A stretch of 64,000 nt of DNA from Macrostomum lignano. Its lineage: Eukaryota. The stretch spans positions 62,001 through 126,000 of the forward strand of contig NIVC01001145.1 of NCBI GenBank assembly GCA_002269645.1, read 5' to 3'. Shown here piece by piece: positions 1-13,300 of the stretch. The translations under genes were made by a program, and so were the position numbers. The notes beneath the pieces were generated by a model. The model ran no database searches. It was not told the DNA's origin and saw only the letters and a program-made list of their open reading frames with translations. How positions within the stretch are numbered: the first letter of the stretch is position 1; each line of letters starts with the position of its first letter.

Positions 1-512
1 CACTGCCTTCACTGTGCTCATAGCCACTGCTCACGTCACGTCGCCATTACATCACTCGTCTGTCGCTTGAACACTCATCCGATTTATCTTGAAAGAAACC
101 ATTGTTGCAGCCGCCAGTGCCCAGGAAACCATAGTTTGTTATTTGCCAGTAACAACCAACTTACTATTTATATTGATAATAAAAACGACTACGGCAGTTT
201 CCTGCCCTTATTGCCAAGTGCTCCGCTACACCATCCACTGCGCCTGAGTTGACTCCAACTTATTTTTGGGACTAAAACGGCCCTTTTAAGGGTCACGGCC
301 AACATCAATTAACGTGACAATAGTTGAAACAGATTTACCTGTTGTTTCTGTTTAATTAAACAAACGCACAACAAATGCAGCAACTGCGAATGCAAAAAGT
401 TGATAAAATATGATGACGCAATTGTCGAGAGAGAAAATGCTTAGAATTTCAAACATTGGCACGCAAACTGCGCGCTAAGCTTTTATTATTGGTCGATGTT
501 TTTCAAACCATG

Positions 513-3500
513 TCAGTCTTCGATGGCTTTAACAAAAATTTCAGAGTAAGGCTGCTTCTGACGCAGATGAACTCGACGCTGTTTGGCCAACTCTGTGCGC
601 AAAACAATAAGTAAAACTGTTTGTGCCTTGATTTGCTACAAATGCTGACTTAAGTAGACATGCAAGGAAAAAGTTTACAAAACAGAGAGACTGGGTGAAA
701 GGGGAGACTCGGATAATTAAGGAGATTGGGAAGAATAAGAGAATGGGAAGATTAGGAGAATGGGAAGATTGGGAGAATGGGAAGATTGGGAGAATGGGAA
801 GATTGGGAGAATGGGAAGATTGGGAGAATGGGAAGAATAGGAGAATGGGAAGATTGGGAGAATGGGAAGAATAAGAGAATGGGAAGAATAGGAGAATGGG
901 AAGATTGGGAGAATGGGAAGATTGGGAGAATGGGAAGAATAGGAGAATGGGAAGAATAGGAGAATGGGAAGATTGGGAGAATGGGAAGAATAGGAGAATG
1001 GGAAGAATAGGAGAATGGGAAGAATAGGGAGAATGGAAAGAATAGGAGAATGGGAGGACTGGGAGAATGAGAAGATTGGAAGAATGGGAAGATTGGAAGA
1101 ATGGGAGGATTAGAAGAATTGGAAGAATAGGAGAATGGGAAGATTGGGAGAATTGAGGGATAGAGAGAATCGAGGAGATGGGGATAATGGGGAGTTTAGG
1201 AGAATTGAGAATTGGGAGATCTGGAAGTTTGAGACGGTGAGACTTTAAGAGGAAAAATGAATAAATCAGAAATGAATAAAACAAGTCTCACCAAGCAGGC
1301 CGGCAAAAGCTCTGGCAGCCTCTTTCTTTGTAGCGCCATTGGGCGGGCACAGCGACGCGAACGGCCGATAGTCGTCGCCAATCTCGCTGCCGCTGTCAGC
1401 CTGTTGCTGTTGAGACCGGCGAATTCCCTCCATCAACAGCTCCTGGTCTTGCGAAAGCGGTGGTCTGCAATCGAATTAAGTACATGCTGCACTTTGCCAA
1501 AGTTAAAGAATTAATTAATAAACTGCTTTGCTGTTTTAAATACTCAAATAGCCGCCCTCAGACCCGGGTGTTACAAAAAACAGTCCAGGCTTGTTAAAAA
1601 TTTCACCCCATCTGATCTCAAGCCAATCTTCGATTATTAATTAACCGTAGATTGACGAAATCATAACTAATTGGGACGCACTCCGATATCATCAGTGGGC
1701 GGATGTTATTAAAAAAACGCCATTTTTTACCGATAGGTCAATCCAATCTACAGATTAGTCAATCCAATCTACAGATTGGTCAAACCAGTCTACAGATTGG
1801 TCAATCCAATCTACAGATTAGTCAATCCAGTCTACCGATTGGTCAATCCAATCTACAGATTGGTCAAACCAGTCTACACATTGGTCAATCTAATCTACAG
1901 ATTTGTCAATCTAATCTACAGATCGGTCGATACAATCTAAATATTGGCCTAAAAATGACGAACCTTTCGGCTACAAACGAAGCGAAAACCTCTTCCGGCG
2001 GTGGTGGCGGCTGCAGAAAAAAATCTTCAAAAGCAGGCGGCGCCGGCTGCTGAGCGGGTGGCGTCATCATTGGAGGCTCTGGCTGCTGCTGCTGCTGAGG
2101 CTCCGGTTCCGGCGGCTGCTGCTGCGGCTGCTCAGCTTCCGGTGGCACGGCTTCCGACTGGATAACGGTGGGCACCTGGACGCGTTCCTCGCTAATTCGG
2201 GGCAGATTCTGACCGGACTGCATGGATATTGTGGACATGTTGAGGCCCGAGAGCCGGGCACTGGGTCGGCCGCCAGCGGACAGTCGGGGCAGCTCATAAT
2301 CAAGCAGTTCCTAGTATAGGGAATAGTTGAATGAAAGCTTGAGAATGTATAGGCTAATTATAACCTCGACCGAGATGTCAACGTAACTTTCAATTAGACT
2401 CAGAACTTGCTCATTAGATCCCAGATTCCAATATCCCACTCCCACAAACCCAAAATCTTTCACTCAATCCCCAATATCCCAACTCAAATATCCCTAACAT
2501 CCCAATTCACATATCCCTAACATCCCAATTCACATATCCCCAACATCCCAACTAAAAAATCACCAAGATAACAACTCAAATATCCCCAATATCCCAACTC
2601 ACAGATCCCCAATATCCCAACTAAAAAATCCCCAATATCCCAGCTCAAAGATCCCCAATATCCCAACTCAGATCTCCAATATCCCAACTTAAATATCCCC
2701 AATATCCCAACTTAAATATCCCCAATATCCCAACTTGATTATCCCCAATATCCCAACTCAAATATCCCCAATATCCCAACTCAAATATCCCCAATATCCC
2801 AACTCAAATATCCCCAATATCCCAACTCAAATATCCCTAACATCCCAATTCAAATATCCCTAACATCCCAACTCAAAAATCACCAAGATAACAACTCAAA
2901 TATCCCCAATATCCCAACTCAGATCTCCAATATCCCAACTCAAAGATCCCCAATATCCCAACTAAAAAATCCCCAATATCCTAACTCAAACTTGAATATC
3001 CCCAATATCCCAACTCAAATATCCCCAATATAACAACTTGAATATCCCCAATATCCCAACTCAAATATCCCCAATATCCCAACTTGAATATCCCCAATAT
3101 CCCAACTCAAATATCCCCAATATCCCAACTTGAATATCCCCAATATCCCAACTCAAATATCCCCAATATCCCAACTCAAATATCCCCAATATCCCAACTC
3201 AAATATCCCCAATATCCCAACTCAAAGATCCTCAATATCCTATGCCCAGATCCCAACAGCTGCGGCACTCACAGGCGGCACATAGTGAGCACTCTCCTCT
3301 CGTTTATGCTCCCAGACTCGAAGCAGTTTATCGCTCATTGGTTGCCGACTAGGCCGCAGCAGCAAGCCGGCCGCATCAACAGTAGACAAAGCCAGAGCTC
3401 TCGGACCTTTAGTTGGCGGCGGCAGAGTCAACGGTTTCATCAGCTCGTCGCCGTGATCCATATTCCAGCGCAGCCGGCGGCTATTGTACTCGGTTAGGCC

Positions 3501-6500
3501 GTCAACAATTAGTAGGCGAGGTTTGGCGTGACGAGGCTGATGAGGCTGCGGCTGCTGCTGCTGCTGTTGCTGTCTGCGAGGCTGCAGCGGCTGCATTTCA
3601 AATTGCAGCACCGGAAAAGCTGGCGGCGGTGGTGGTGGCGGCGGCGGCGAAGTGCGCGGCGGCTGCTGGTCAGCTGGAGGCTGCATCGGTGGCGGCGACT
3701 GGCGATCGGCGGCGCTGGAGTGAGAGGAGACAATTTTCTCATTCAGAGATTCAGTGAAATCTCACCCGGAAATTCAGTAGAATCTCACCCAGAGATTCAG
3801 TAGAAACGACACCCAGAGATTCAGTAGAATCTCACTCAGAGATTCAGTAGAATCTCATCCGGAAATTCAGTAGAATCTCACCCAGAGATTCAGTAGAATC
3901 TCACTCAGAGATTCAGTAGAATCTCATCCGGAAATTCAGTAGAATCTCACCCAGAGATTCAGTAGAATCTCACCCAGAGATTCAGTAGAATCTCACCCAG
4001 AGATTCAGTAGAATCTCACCCAGAGATTCAGTAGAATCTCACCCAGAGATTCAGTAGAATCTCACCCAGAGATTCAGTAGAATCTCACCCAGAGATTCAG
4101 TAGAATCTCACCCAGAGATTCAGTAGAATCTCACCCAGAGATTCAGTAGAATCTCACCCAGAGATTTAGTAGAATCTCACCCAGAGATTCAGTAGAATCT
4201 CACCCAGAGATTCAGTAGAATCTCACCCAGAGATTTAGTAGAATCTCACCCAGAGATTCAGTAGAATCTCACCCAGAGATTCAGTAGAATCTCACCCAGA
4301 GATTTAGTAGAATCTCACCCAGAGATTCAGTAGACACGACACACAACAGTTACAGACGAGACACTCACGACACAATAGACACTCCCCCGGGCAGTCCAGC
4401 GGCCTGTGGCAATTCCGCCGTAACATCTCTGGGCAATTCAACTTCCATAGCCGTGGAAGTTGCGGCAGTAGTAGCAGGTGGCGTAGCCGGCAGTTCAACC
4501 TGGGGCTGGTCACCAGCCGCTGGTTCCGGCTGCTGCTGCTGCTGCTCTTCCATTGCTGGCAGATCTTCTTCCGCTTTTCGTTTGCCCCGACGAGTAACTC
4601 GTTCGGGCAGCTGCTCCAGCTCCGGCTGCTGCTCCCGCTGTTGCAGCATCTCTTCTTCATCGCGTTGCTGCTGCTGCTGCTCTTGCTGCTCTTGCTGTTG
4701 CTGCTGTTCGCACAGCAATCGTTCGAAATCACCGGCCGGAAACAGCAGACGTTCGCCAGCCTTCAATCGATCGAACATGGCGCTCAGATCCAGCGGGGGA
4801 ATGTCCGCTTCCGGTAGCGAGGGCAGCTCCTCTTCCGGCGGCTGCTGCTGTAGGTTTATTGGGAAAGGCGATTTCTCTCTGGTAGGTTTATTGGGAAAGG
4901 CGATTTCTCTCTGGTAGGTTTATTGGGACAGGCGATTTCTCTCTGGTAGGTTTATTGGGAAAGGCGATTTCTCTCTGGTAGGTTTATTGGGACAGGCGAT
5001 TTCTCTCTGGTAGGTTTATTGGGAAAGGGGATTTCTCTCTAGTAGGTATATTGGGAAAGGCGATTTCTCTCTGGTAGGTTTATTGGGACAGGCGATTTCT
5101 CTCTGGTAGATGTATTGGGACAGGCGATTTCTCTCTGGTAGGTATATTGGGACAGGCGATTTCTCTCTGGTAGATTTATTGGGAAAGGCGATTTCTCTCT
5201 GGTAGGTTTATTGGGAAAGGCGATTTCTCTCTGGTAGGTTTATTGGGACAGGCGATTTCTCTCTGGTAGGTTTATTGGGACAGGAGATTTCTCTCTGGTA
5301 GATTTATTGGGACAGGCGATTTCTCTCTGGTAGGTTTATTGGGACAGGCGATTTCTCTCTGGTAGGTTTATTGGGACAGGCGATTTCTCTCTGGTAGGTT
5401 TATTGGGACAGGCGATTTCTCTCTGGTAGATGTATTGGGACAGGCGATTTCTCTCTGGTAGGTTTATTGAGAAAGGGGATTTCTCTCTAGTAGGTATATT
5501 GGGAAAGGCGATTTCTCTCTCGTAGGATTATTGGGAAAGGCGATTTCTCTCTGGTAGGTATATTGGGACAGGCGATTTCTCTCTGGTATGTTTATTGGGA
5601 AAGGCGATTTCTCTCTGGTGATTAAAAGTGAATTGATTAAAGCTTAAAAATTTGGCTAACTCTTGTAAAACCAAACTTTTTCTTTACCTCACCGCCTGCG
5701 CCATCGCGTCGCCTCTGACGTGACACCCGCGGCGTCAGAGTGGTGTGAATTTCGGCGCTGGTTCTGCCCCAAAGTCTTTGGAGGGAGAAATGCCAGAAAC
5801 GGCGCCACTGCCTGCGGCCGAGTCGGCGCCAATTAGAATTGACTGGCTGGCCGAGGGCTCCAGAGCGAAGCTCGTGTCCAAGATTGTGATGTCCTCCTGG
5901 CGGGCCGTGAACCTGGGGTGGTGACAGGTGGCGGCTACTGAGGATCTGTGAAGCGGGCTGAGAATCTGGGAGGCTGGCAGAGGTTCTGAGGATCAGGGAG
6001 GCTGGCCCAGAAACTGAGGATCTGGGAGGCTGGTCCAGCAACTGAGGATCTGGGAGGCTGGCCCAGCAACTGAGGATCTGGGAGGCTGGCCCAGCAACTG
6101 AGGATCCGGGAGGCTGGCCCAGCAACTGAGGATCTGGGAGGCTGGCCCAGCAACTGACACTCTGGGAGGCTGGCCCAGCAACTGAGGATCTGGGAGGCTG
6201 GCCCAGCAACTGAGGATCTGGGAGGCTGGCCCAGCAACTGAGGATCTGGGAGGCTGGCCCAGCAACTGAGGATCCGGGAGGCTGGCCCAGAAACTGAGGA
6301 TCTGGGAGGCTGGCCCAGCAACTGAGGATCTGGGAGGCTGGCCCAGCAACTGAGGATCTGGGAGGCTGGCCTAGCAACTGAAGATCTGGGAGGCTGGCCC
6401 AGCAACTGAGGATCTGGGAGGCTGGCCCAGCAACTGAAGATCTGGGAGGCTGGCCCAGCAACTGAGGATCTGGGAGGCTGGCCCAGCAACTGAAGATCTG

Positions 6501-9500
6501 GGAGGCTGGCCCAGCAACTGAGGATCTGGGAGGCTGGCCCAGCAACTGAAGATCTGGGAGGCTGGCCCAGCAACTGAGGATCTGGGAGGCTGGCCCAGCA
6601 ACTGAGGATCTGGGAGGCTGGCTCAGCAACTGAGGATCTGGGAGGCTGGCCCAGCAACTGAGGATCCGGGAGGCTGGTCCAGCAACTGAGGATCTGGGAG
6701 GCTGGCCCAGCAACTGAGGATCTGGGAGGCTGGTCCAGCAACTGAGGATCTGGGAGGCTGGCCCAGCAACTGAGGATCTGGGAGGCTGGCCCAGCAACTG
6801 AGGATCCGGGAGGCTGGCCCAGCAACTGAGGATCTGGGAGGCTGGTCCAGCAACTGAGGATCTGGGAGGCTGGTCCAGCAACTGAGGATCTGGGAGGCTG
6901 GCCCAGCAACTGAGGATCTGGGAGGCTGGCCCAGCAACTGAGGATCTGGGAGGCTGGCCCAGCAACTGAGGATCCGGGAGGCTGGCCCAGCAACTGAGGA
7001 TCCGGGAGGCTGGCCCAGCAACTGAGGATCCGGGAGGCTGGCCCAGCAACTGAGGATCCGGGAGGCTGGCCCAGCAGCTGAGGATCTGGGAGGCTGGCCC
7101 AGAAACTGAGGATCTGGGAGGCTGGCCCAGAAACTGAGGATCTGGGAGGCTGGTCCAGCAACTGAGGATCTGGGAGGCTGGCCCAGCAACTGAGGATCTG
7201 GGAGGCTGGCCCAGCAACTGAGGATCTGGGAGGCTGGCCCAGCAACTGAGGATCCGGGAGGCTGGCCCAGAAACTGAGGATCTGGGAGGCTGGCCCAGCA
7301 ACTGAGGATCTGGGAGGCTGGCCCAGCAACTGAGGATCCGGGAGGCTGGCCCAGCAACTGAGGATCTGGGAGGCTGGCCCAGCAACTGAGGATCCGGGAG
7401 GCTGGCCCAGCAACTGAGGATCTGGGAGGCTGGCCCAGCAACTGAGGATCCGGGAGGCACATCAAACGCATTTCCATGAAACAGCAGAAACCAGCTGACC
7501 TAGCAAAGGAGGAGGACTCAGCCCGGCCGGCACGGTTGCCCCCGCCGCCGCGGCGCAGCTCGGAGAACTCCAGATCTTCCGGCAGGCTGAGTCGCATCAG
7601 CTCCATTGGTGGCTGTTCGTCGGCGCCGGTGAAATCGGCGGCAGAAAACGACTGCAACTGTTGGAGTTGGCGAAGGTCGACCCCGGCAGCGTCGGCAACC
7701 AGGGAGATGTCCAATTCGTATTGCTGATTATGGGCGGCCGAGCTAGCCTTGCCAGTTGGTCTGCATTTTTTTAGATTTAAAATAATATCATCTTGTGGAA
7801 GGGCTGAGCACATGTACATTGGAGTAGGGGGAGGCACATGTACATTGAAGTAGGGGGAGGGCACATGTACATTGGGGTAGGAGGGCACATGTACATTGAA
7901 GTAGGGGGGCTCATGTACATTGAAGTAGGGGGGGCACATGTACATTGAAGTAGGGGGGGGCACATGTACATTGAAGTAGGGGGGCAAATGTACATTAAAG
8001 TAGGGGGGAGGGCACATGTACATTGGGGTAGGAGGGCACATGTACATTGGGGTAGGAGGGCACATGTACATTGGGGTAGGAGGGCACATGTACATTGGGG
8101 TAGGAGGGCACATGTACATTGGGGTAGGAGGGCACATGTACATTGGGGTAGGAGGGCACATGTACATTGGGGTAGGAGGGCACATGTACATTGGGGTAGG
8201 AGGGCACATGTACATTGGGGTAGGAGGGCACATGTACATTAAAGTAGAAGGTGAAAGAATCGTAGGACAGACCAATATGTACATTAGGGTAAGGAGCCGA
8301 TGGGCTAGACAAAAGTACGAAGGGCTAGGCAGGAGTGGAAGGGCTGGGCACATGTACATTGGGGTAAGGAGTGGAAGGGCTGGGCACATGTACATTGGGG
8401 TAAGGAGTTGAAGGGCTGGGCACATGTACATTGGGGTAGGAATGGAGTCTTCCCACATAACTTAAATGCTAATTTGCGTTATTTTCATGTTTATGATGAA
8501 CAAAATATTATTAAACCAATCACCAATAAATAAAAACAAATAAACCGAGCAAATACACTATCTTGTGTTTCGCGAACAAAGTTAGCAAAAGGTGCTATTA
8601 TTTATAACTAAAAAAACTTTACAATGTATACTCTTTACATTCGTTGAACTAAATTGCAAAATAACAAATAAAAATTTTGAACAGAACTTAAACATCTTAA
8701 CAGAGAAGCGAACAAGCAAACCTTTTAACGTCTGGTCGCCAAGAGCGACAGCAGCGTCTGTAGAACTCGGCTGTTTCCTCTATAGAGGATTATTTAATAG
8801 TATTAAAAAAGGAAATTAAAAATAGTCAATGGAGCGAAAAGCGAATTCTTGTTTAGGGTAATTTAATTTAGTACATTGCAGATATGTACTATTTGGAGCA
8901 TGTACATTTTTTTATACGAGCGCACTATTATGTCAGTTTAGATTGTAGGCATGTACCATTGGGTGAGTGTACATTGTAGGTATGTACCATTGGGTGAGTG
9001 TACATTGTAGGTATGTACCATTGGGTGAGTGTACATTGTAGGTATGTACTATTGGGTGAGTGTACATTGTAGGTATGTACTATTGGGTGAGTGTACATTG
9101 TAGGTACATGTATGTACCATTGGGTGAGTGTACATTGTAGGTATGTACTATTGGGTGAGTGTACATTGTAGGTATGTACCATTGGGTGAGTGTACATTGT
9201 AGGTATGTACTATTGGGTGAGTGTACATTGTAGGTATGTACTATTGGGTGAGTGTAAATTGTAGGTATGTACTATTGGGTGAGTGTACATTGTAGGTATG
9301 TACTATTGGGTGAGTGTACATTGTAGGTATGTACTATTGGGTGAGTGTACATTGTAGGTATGTACTATTGGGTGAGTGTACATTGTAGGTATGTACTATT
9401 GGGTGAGTGTACATTGTAGGTATGTACTATTGGGTGAGTGTACATTGTAGAGCATGCAATTTTAGGTGTGTAAATTTTAAATACGAGTTCTTGCATGACT

Positions 9501-9933
9501 AGAGTGAAATTCAGGTAAGGCCGATAAAAAGCAAACTGTTTAAAATCGATAGTAAGAAGTAATTACAACACAACAAAATAAAAAAGAACTTACTTTCAAG
9601 CCAGACGACCTTCAATTGAAACACAACACAGGCGCCGTTCATCAAAAGGGCGCTTAAATAGAGTGAGAATTTTTTACTGCGCTGCTCGCAAATCTCCGCC
9701 AACAGTTCCTGGCTGTGGATTTATTAAATAAGTGCCGATATGTAGTGTAAATAACATTGTGGCTTGAAATTTAAAGCTAAGAAATATAACTGTTGTATAA
9801 TTCGGACTCACCAAGTGACGCTAATATCGCAGCTGAGAACATCGCGCGGCTTAATTGATTGACGGGTCGCGCCCAGCCAGATTAGAGCAAATTTGCCCTT
9901 CTTAACCGATAACAATTCGTGATTGTAGAACAT
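513..9933 (-). CDS. REC8: Meiotic cohesin kleisin REC8 (Rad21/Rec8 family), 10 exons, about 740 aa
   Basis: Exons (minus): 9933-9812, 9712-9594, 8779-8722, 7760-7492, 5934-5801, 4847-4369, 3714-3273, 2310-1964, 1464-1292, 592-513. All are GT-AG, phases are consistent, total 2223 nt. N-terminus MFYNHELLSVKKGKFALIWLGATR...FSLYLSALLMNG matches the kleisin N-domain; FALIWLGATR resembles the REC8-type FATIWLAATR recalled from human. RQEDITILD motif. STAG-binding-like segment RLLIVDGLTEYNSRRLR...PPPTK. C-terminal winged helix FASLCPPNGATKKEAARAFAGLLELAKQRRVHLRQKQPYSEIFV. The exon 4 and 5 donors are weak and uncertain (see findings). Confidence 0.9.
721..1215. repeat. 17-bp purine-rich minisatellite (GAAGATTGGGAGAATGG), REC8 intron 9
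   Basis: Tandem units visible directly. Confidence 0.95.
1737..1935. repeat. 21-bp minisatellite (GTCAATCCAATCTACAGATTG), REC8 intron 8
   Basis: About 9 units, each with the hairpin CAATCT-AC-AGATTG. Confidence 0.92.
2430..3241. repeat. 23-bp minisatellite (TCAAATATCCCCAATATCCCAAC), REC8 intron 7
   Basis: Tandem units with an internal ATATCCC sub-repeat. Confidence 0.95.
3743..4333. repeat. 23-bp hairpin minisatellite (GAGATTCAGTAGAATCTCACCCA), REC8 intron 6
   Basis: About 25 highly homogeneous units with a perfect GAGATTC-AGTA-GAATCTC stem-loop. Confidence 0.97.
4851..5619. repeat. 32-bp minisatellite (GGTAGGTTTATTGGGAAAGGCGATTTCTCTCT), REC8 intron 5
   Basis: About 24 units; abuts the exon 6 acceptor at 4848. 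Confidence 0.97.
5938..7457. repeat. 28-bp minisatellite (GGGAGGCTGGCCCAGCAACTGAGGATCT), REC8 intron 4
   Basis: About 54 units. Produces the 28-aa-period spurious ORFs. Same family as 12885-13747. Confidence 0.97.
7801..8440. repeat. 24-bp minisatellite (GGGCACATGTACATTGGGGTAGGA), REC8 intron 3
   Basis: Tandem units with an ATGTACAT palindrome. Confidence 0.95.
8945..9450. repeat. 31-bp minisatellite (GAGTGTACATTGTAGGTATGTACTATTGGGT), REC8 intron 2
   Basis: About 16 units. Shares the TGTACATTG core with the 24-bp array in the neighbouring intron. Confidence 0.95.
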
Positions 9934-9962
9934 TTTCGATTTTTATGGCTGCAATTAAAAAT
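9934..9962 (-). promoter_or_regulatory. Unpaired 3' splice site 15 nt upstream of the REC8 ATG (candidate SL trans-splice acceptor)
   Basis: The minus strand reads TCATTTTTAATTGCAG|CCATAAAAATCGAAAATG. No obvious consensus donor in the 390 bp back to the ANKZF1 stop. Confidence 0.45.
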
Positions 9963-10322
9963 GAGCTTCTTGCTAATCATAACTACTTATACTCGTAGAT
10001 AGCAGTAAACGGTTTTTGTCATTATTATTTATTCTGAGAAAAAAAGCTGTTTTGCAAAAAAATAATTAAGTTGGGAGGCAACAATTATTGATTTTCTTGT
10101 TTATTCATTAAAGCAAACGATCTGCCCTACACCACAGTGACACACAAAACAGCAAAACAAATTACAAGAAAGTCGGAGAAGTCGGAAGCAATCCAAGTAT
10201 TAAAACACTTATTTAAATAATTATCACAATATACTCCATCAAACAACTTAAAATAATATTGTTAAGTACCCTGAATAATTGTCAAGGTTTTCTTTACGGT
10301 AAATACGAATACATATTATTAA

Positions 10323-13300
10323 TTATTTTTTCATCACTCTACTAGCAGTAGTCTCGGCGGCAGTTTTATCCCGATGTCTGCGCAGGCAATTAGTAGAACA
10401 GAATTCGTATCGATCGTAGTGAAACGGTACTTTGCCAGTGATATCGGCGGCGCATTGAAAGCAGCGCGACAGAATCAGCGGCTTCTGATTGGTGCCGCCC
10501 GCAGACTGTTGAGACGCCGCCGCTGCCGCTAGAAGACGCCGTTCGGCGGCCAGAGCCATCTTCTGGGTGTCGCTAAGAGTCTAAAAAATGTAAAAATTTG
10601 ACGCTTATAAAAAATCATAATGACACCTGTATGACACCAATCATGACACCTGTATGACACCAATCATAATGACGCCTGTATGACACCAATCATAATGACA
10701 CCTGTATGACATCATAATGACACCTGTATGACACCAATCATAATGAAACCTGTATGACACCAATCATAATGACGCCTGTATGACACCAATCATAATGACA
10801 CCTGTATGACACCAATCATAATGACACCTGTATGACACCAATCATGACACCTGTATGACACCAATCATGACATCTGTGACACCAATCATAATGACACCTG
10901 TATGGCACCAATCATGACATCTGTGACACCAATCATAATGAAACCTGTATGATACCAATCATGACACCTGTATGACACCAATCATAATGACACCTGTATG
11001 ACACCAATCATAATGACACCTGTATGACACCAATCATGACACACACCTGTATGATACCAATCATAATGACACCTGTATGACACCAATCATGACACCTGTA
11101 TGACACCAATCATGACACCTGTATGACACCAATCATGACATCTGTGACACCAATCATAATGACACCTGTATGGCACCAATCATGACATCTGTGACACCAA
11201 TCATAATGAAACCTGTATGATACCAATCATAATGACACCTGTATGACACCAATCATAATGACACCTGTATGACACCAATCATGACACCTGTATGACACCA
11301 ATCATAATGACGCCTGTATGACACCAATCATAATGACACCTGTATGACATCATAATGACACCTGTATGACACCAATCATAATGAAACCTGTATGACACCA
11401 ATCATAATGACGCCTGTATGACACCAATCATAATGACACCTGTATGACACCAATCATAATGACACCTGTATGACACCAATCATGACACCTGTATGACACC
11501 AATCATGACATCTGTGACACCAATCATAATGACACCTGTATGGCACCAATCATGACATCTGTGACACCAATCATAATGAAACCTGTATGATACCAATCAT
11601 GACACCTGTATGACACCAATCATAATGACACCTGTATGACACCAATCATAATGACACCTGTATGACACCAATCATGACACACACCTGTATGATACCAATC
11701 ATAATGACACCTGTATGACACCAATCATGACACCTGTATGACACCAATCATGACACCTGTATGACACCAATCATGACATCTGTGACACCAATCATAATGA
11801 CACCTGTATGGCACCAATCATGACATCTGTGACACCAATCATAATGAAACCTGTATGATACCAATCATAATGACACCTGTATGACACCAATCATAATGAC
11901 ACCTGTATGACAACAATCAAAATGACACCTGTATGACAACAATCATAATGACACCTGTATGACACCAATCATAATGACACCTGTATGACACCAATCATAA
12001 TGACACCTGTATGACACCAATCATAATGACACCTGTATGACACCAATCATAATGACACCTGTATGACATCATAATGACACCTGTATGACACCAATCATAA
12101 TGAAACCTGTATGACACCAATCATAATGACGCCTGTATGACACCAATCATAATGACACCTGTATGACACCAATCATAATGAAACCTGTATGACACCAATC
12201 ATAATGACACCTTTATGACACCAATCATAATGACACCTGTATGACACCAATCATAATGAAACCTGTATGCATCACATTGGCAACCCGTACCAATACTCTA
12301 TCAATCCCATTGTACCTGAAACCGCTCCCGTTCGTCGGCCTCAGCCTGGGCCGCCGCTTCGGCCGCCCGTTTCGCCCGATCCCTGTCCCGTTTAGCCGCT
12401 TTAGCCGCCCGCTTTTTATCCGCCTCTTTCAATCGGCGAGCCTCCAACTGTTCGGGAGTCAGCGGCGCGGGAATCCCGGCCGACGCGTAGTCGTGCCAAT
12501 CCGGCCGTTTGGCCATAAATTTTCGAAACGCCTCGCGGACAGATTTATTACCAGCCAGCTGATATGGCGTCCGGCCAGCCAAGTCGCGCTGGCAGGGGTC
12601 AGCTCCTGACTCCAGCAGGCTGAGCACTGTCCTTCCGCAGCTGTTTGACGCGGCCAGGTGCAGCAGTGTGGCGCATTTCTGACCCAACGGCTGGCGGAGA
12701 CGCTCGGCCACACTGTCCGGTTCGGAACTCGCCAACTCGGACAGCAACTGGTCCAGAGTTTCCAGATCGGCGCAGGCCACGGCAGTAAACAGCTGATTCT
12801 GGAGGGCCCAGTCGGCTGGCTGGGACGCTTCGGCGCCTGCGGGCTGAGAGCAGTTCAAGGCGACTGCATTGCGAATCCTGGGATGGCCCAGCAACTGGGG
12901 ATCTGGGAGGCTGGCCCAGCAACTGAGGATCTGGGAGGCTAGCTCAGCAACTGAGGATCTGGGAGGCTGGCCCAGCAACTGAGGATCTGGGAGGCTGGCC
13001 CAGCAACTGAGGATCTGGGAGGCTGGCCCAGCAACTGAGGATCTGGGAGGCTGGCTCAGCAACTGAGGATCTGGGAGGCTAGCTCAGCAACTGAGGATCT
13101 GGGAGGCTAGCTCAGCAACTGAGGATCTGGGAGGCTGGCCCAGCAACTGAGGATCTGGGAGGCTGGCCCAGCAACTGAGGATCTGGGAGGCTGGCCCAGC
13201 AACTGAGGATCTGGGAGGCTGGCTCAGCAACTGAGGATCTGGGAGGCTAGCTCAGCAACTGAGGATCTGGGAGGCTGGCCCAGCAACTGAGGATCTGGGA

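Noticed and set aside
543-610. Plus-strand mini-exon QSKAASDADELDAVWPTLCAKQ
   Set aside because: Antisense to the conserved REC8 terminal exon.
3743-4333. CRISPR-like array of hairpin repeats
   Set aside because: The units are contiguous with no unique spacers, there are no cas genes, and the array lies in a spliceosomal intron.
5735-5737. Selenocysteine or readthrough TGA in REC8
   Set aside because: No SECIS identified, kleisins are not known selenoproteins, and an upstream donor (5801) bypasses the codon.
5637-8458. Long ORFs (607, 492 and 611 aa) on the minus strand
   Set aside because: They arise from stop-free 28-bp and 24-bp tandem units inside REC8 introns. Only the short unique portions are real exons.
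513-9933. Calling the kleisin RAD21
   Set aside because: The N-terminal FALIWLGATR and the EDITILD motif fit REC8-type sequences better than RAD21 (LAKIWLAAHW) as recalled. A phylogeny would be decisive.
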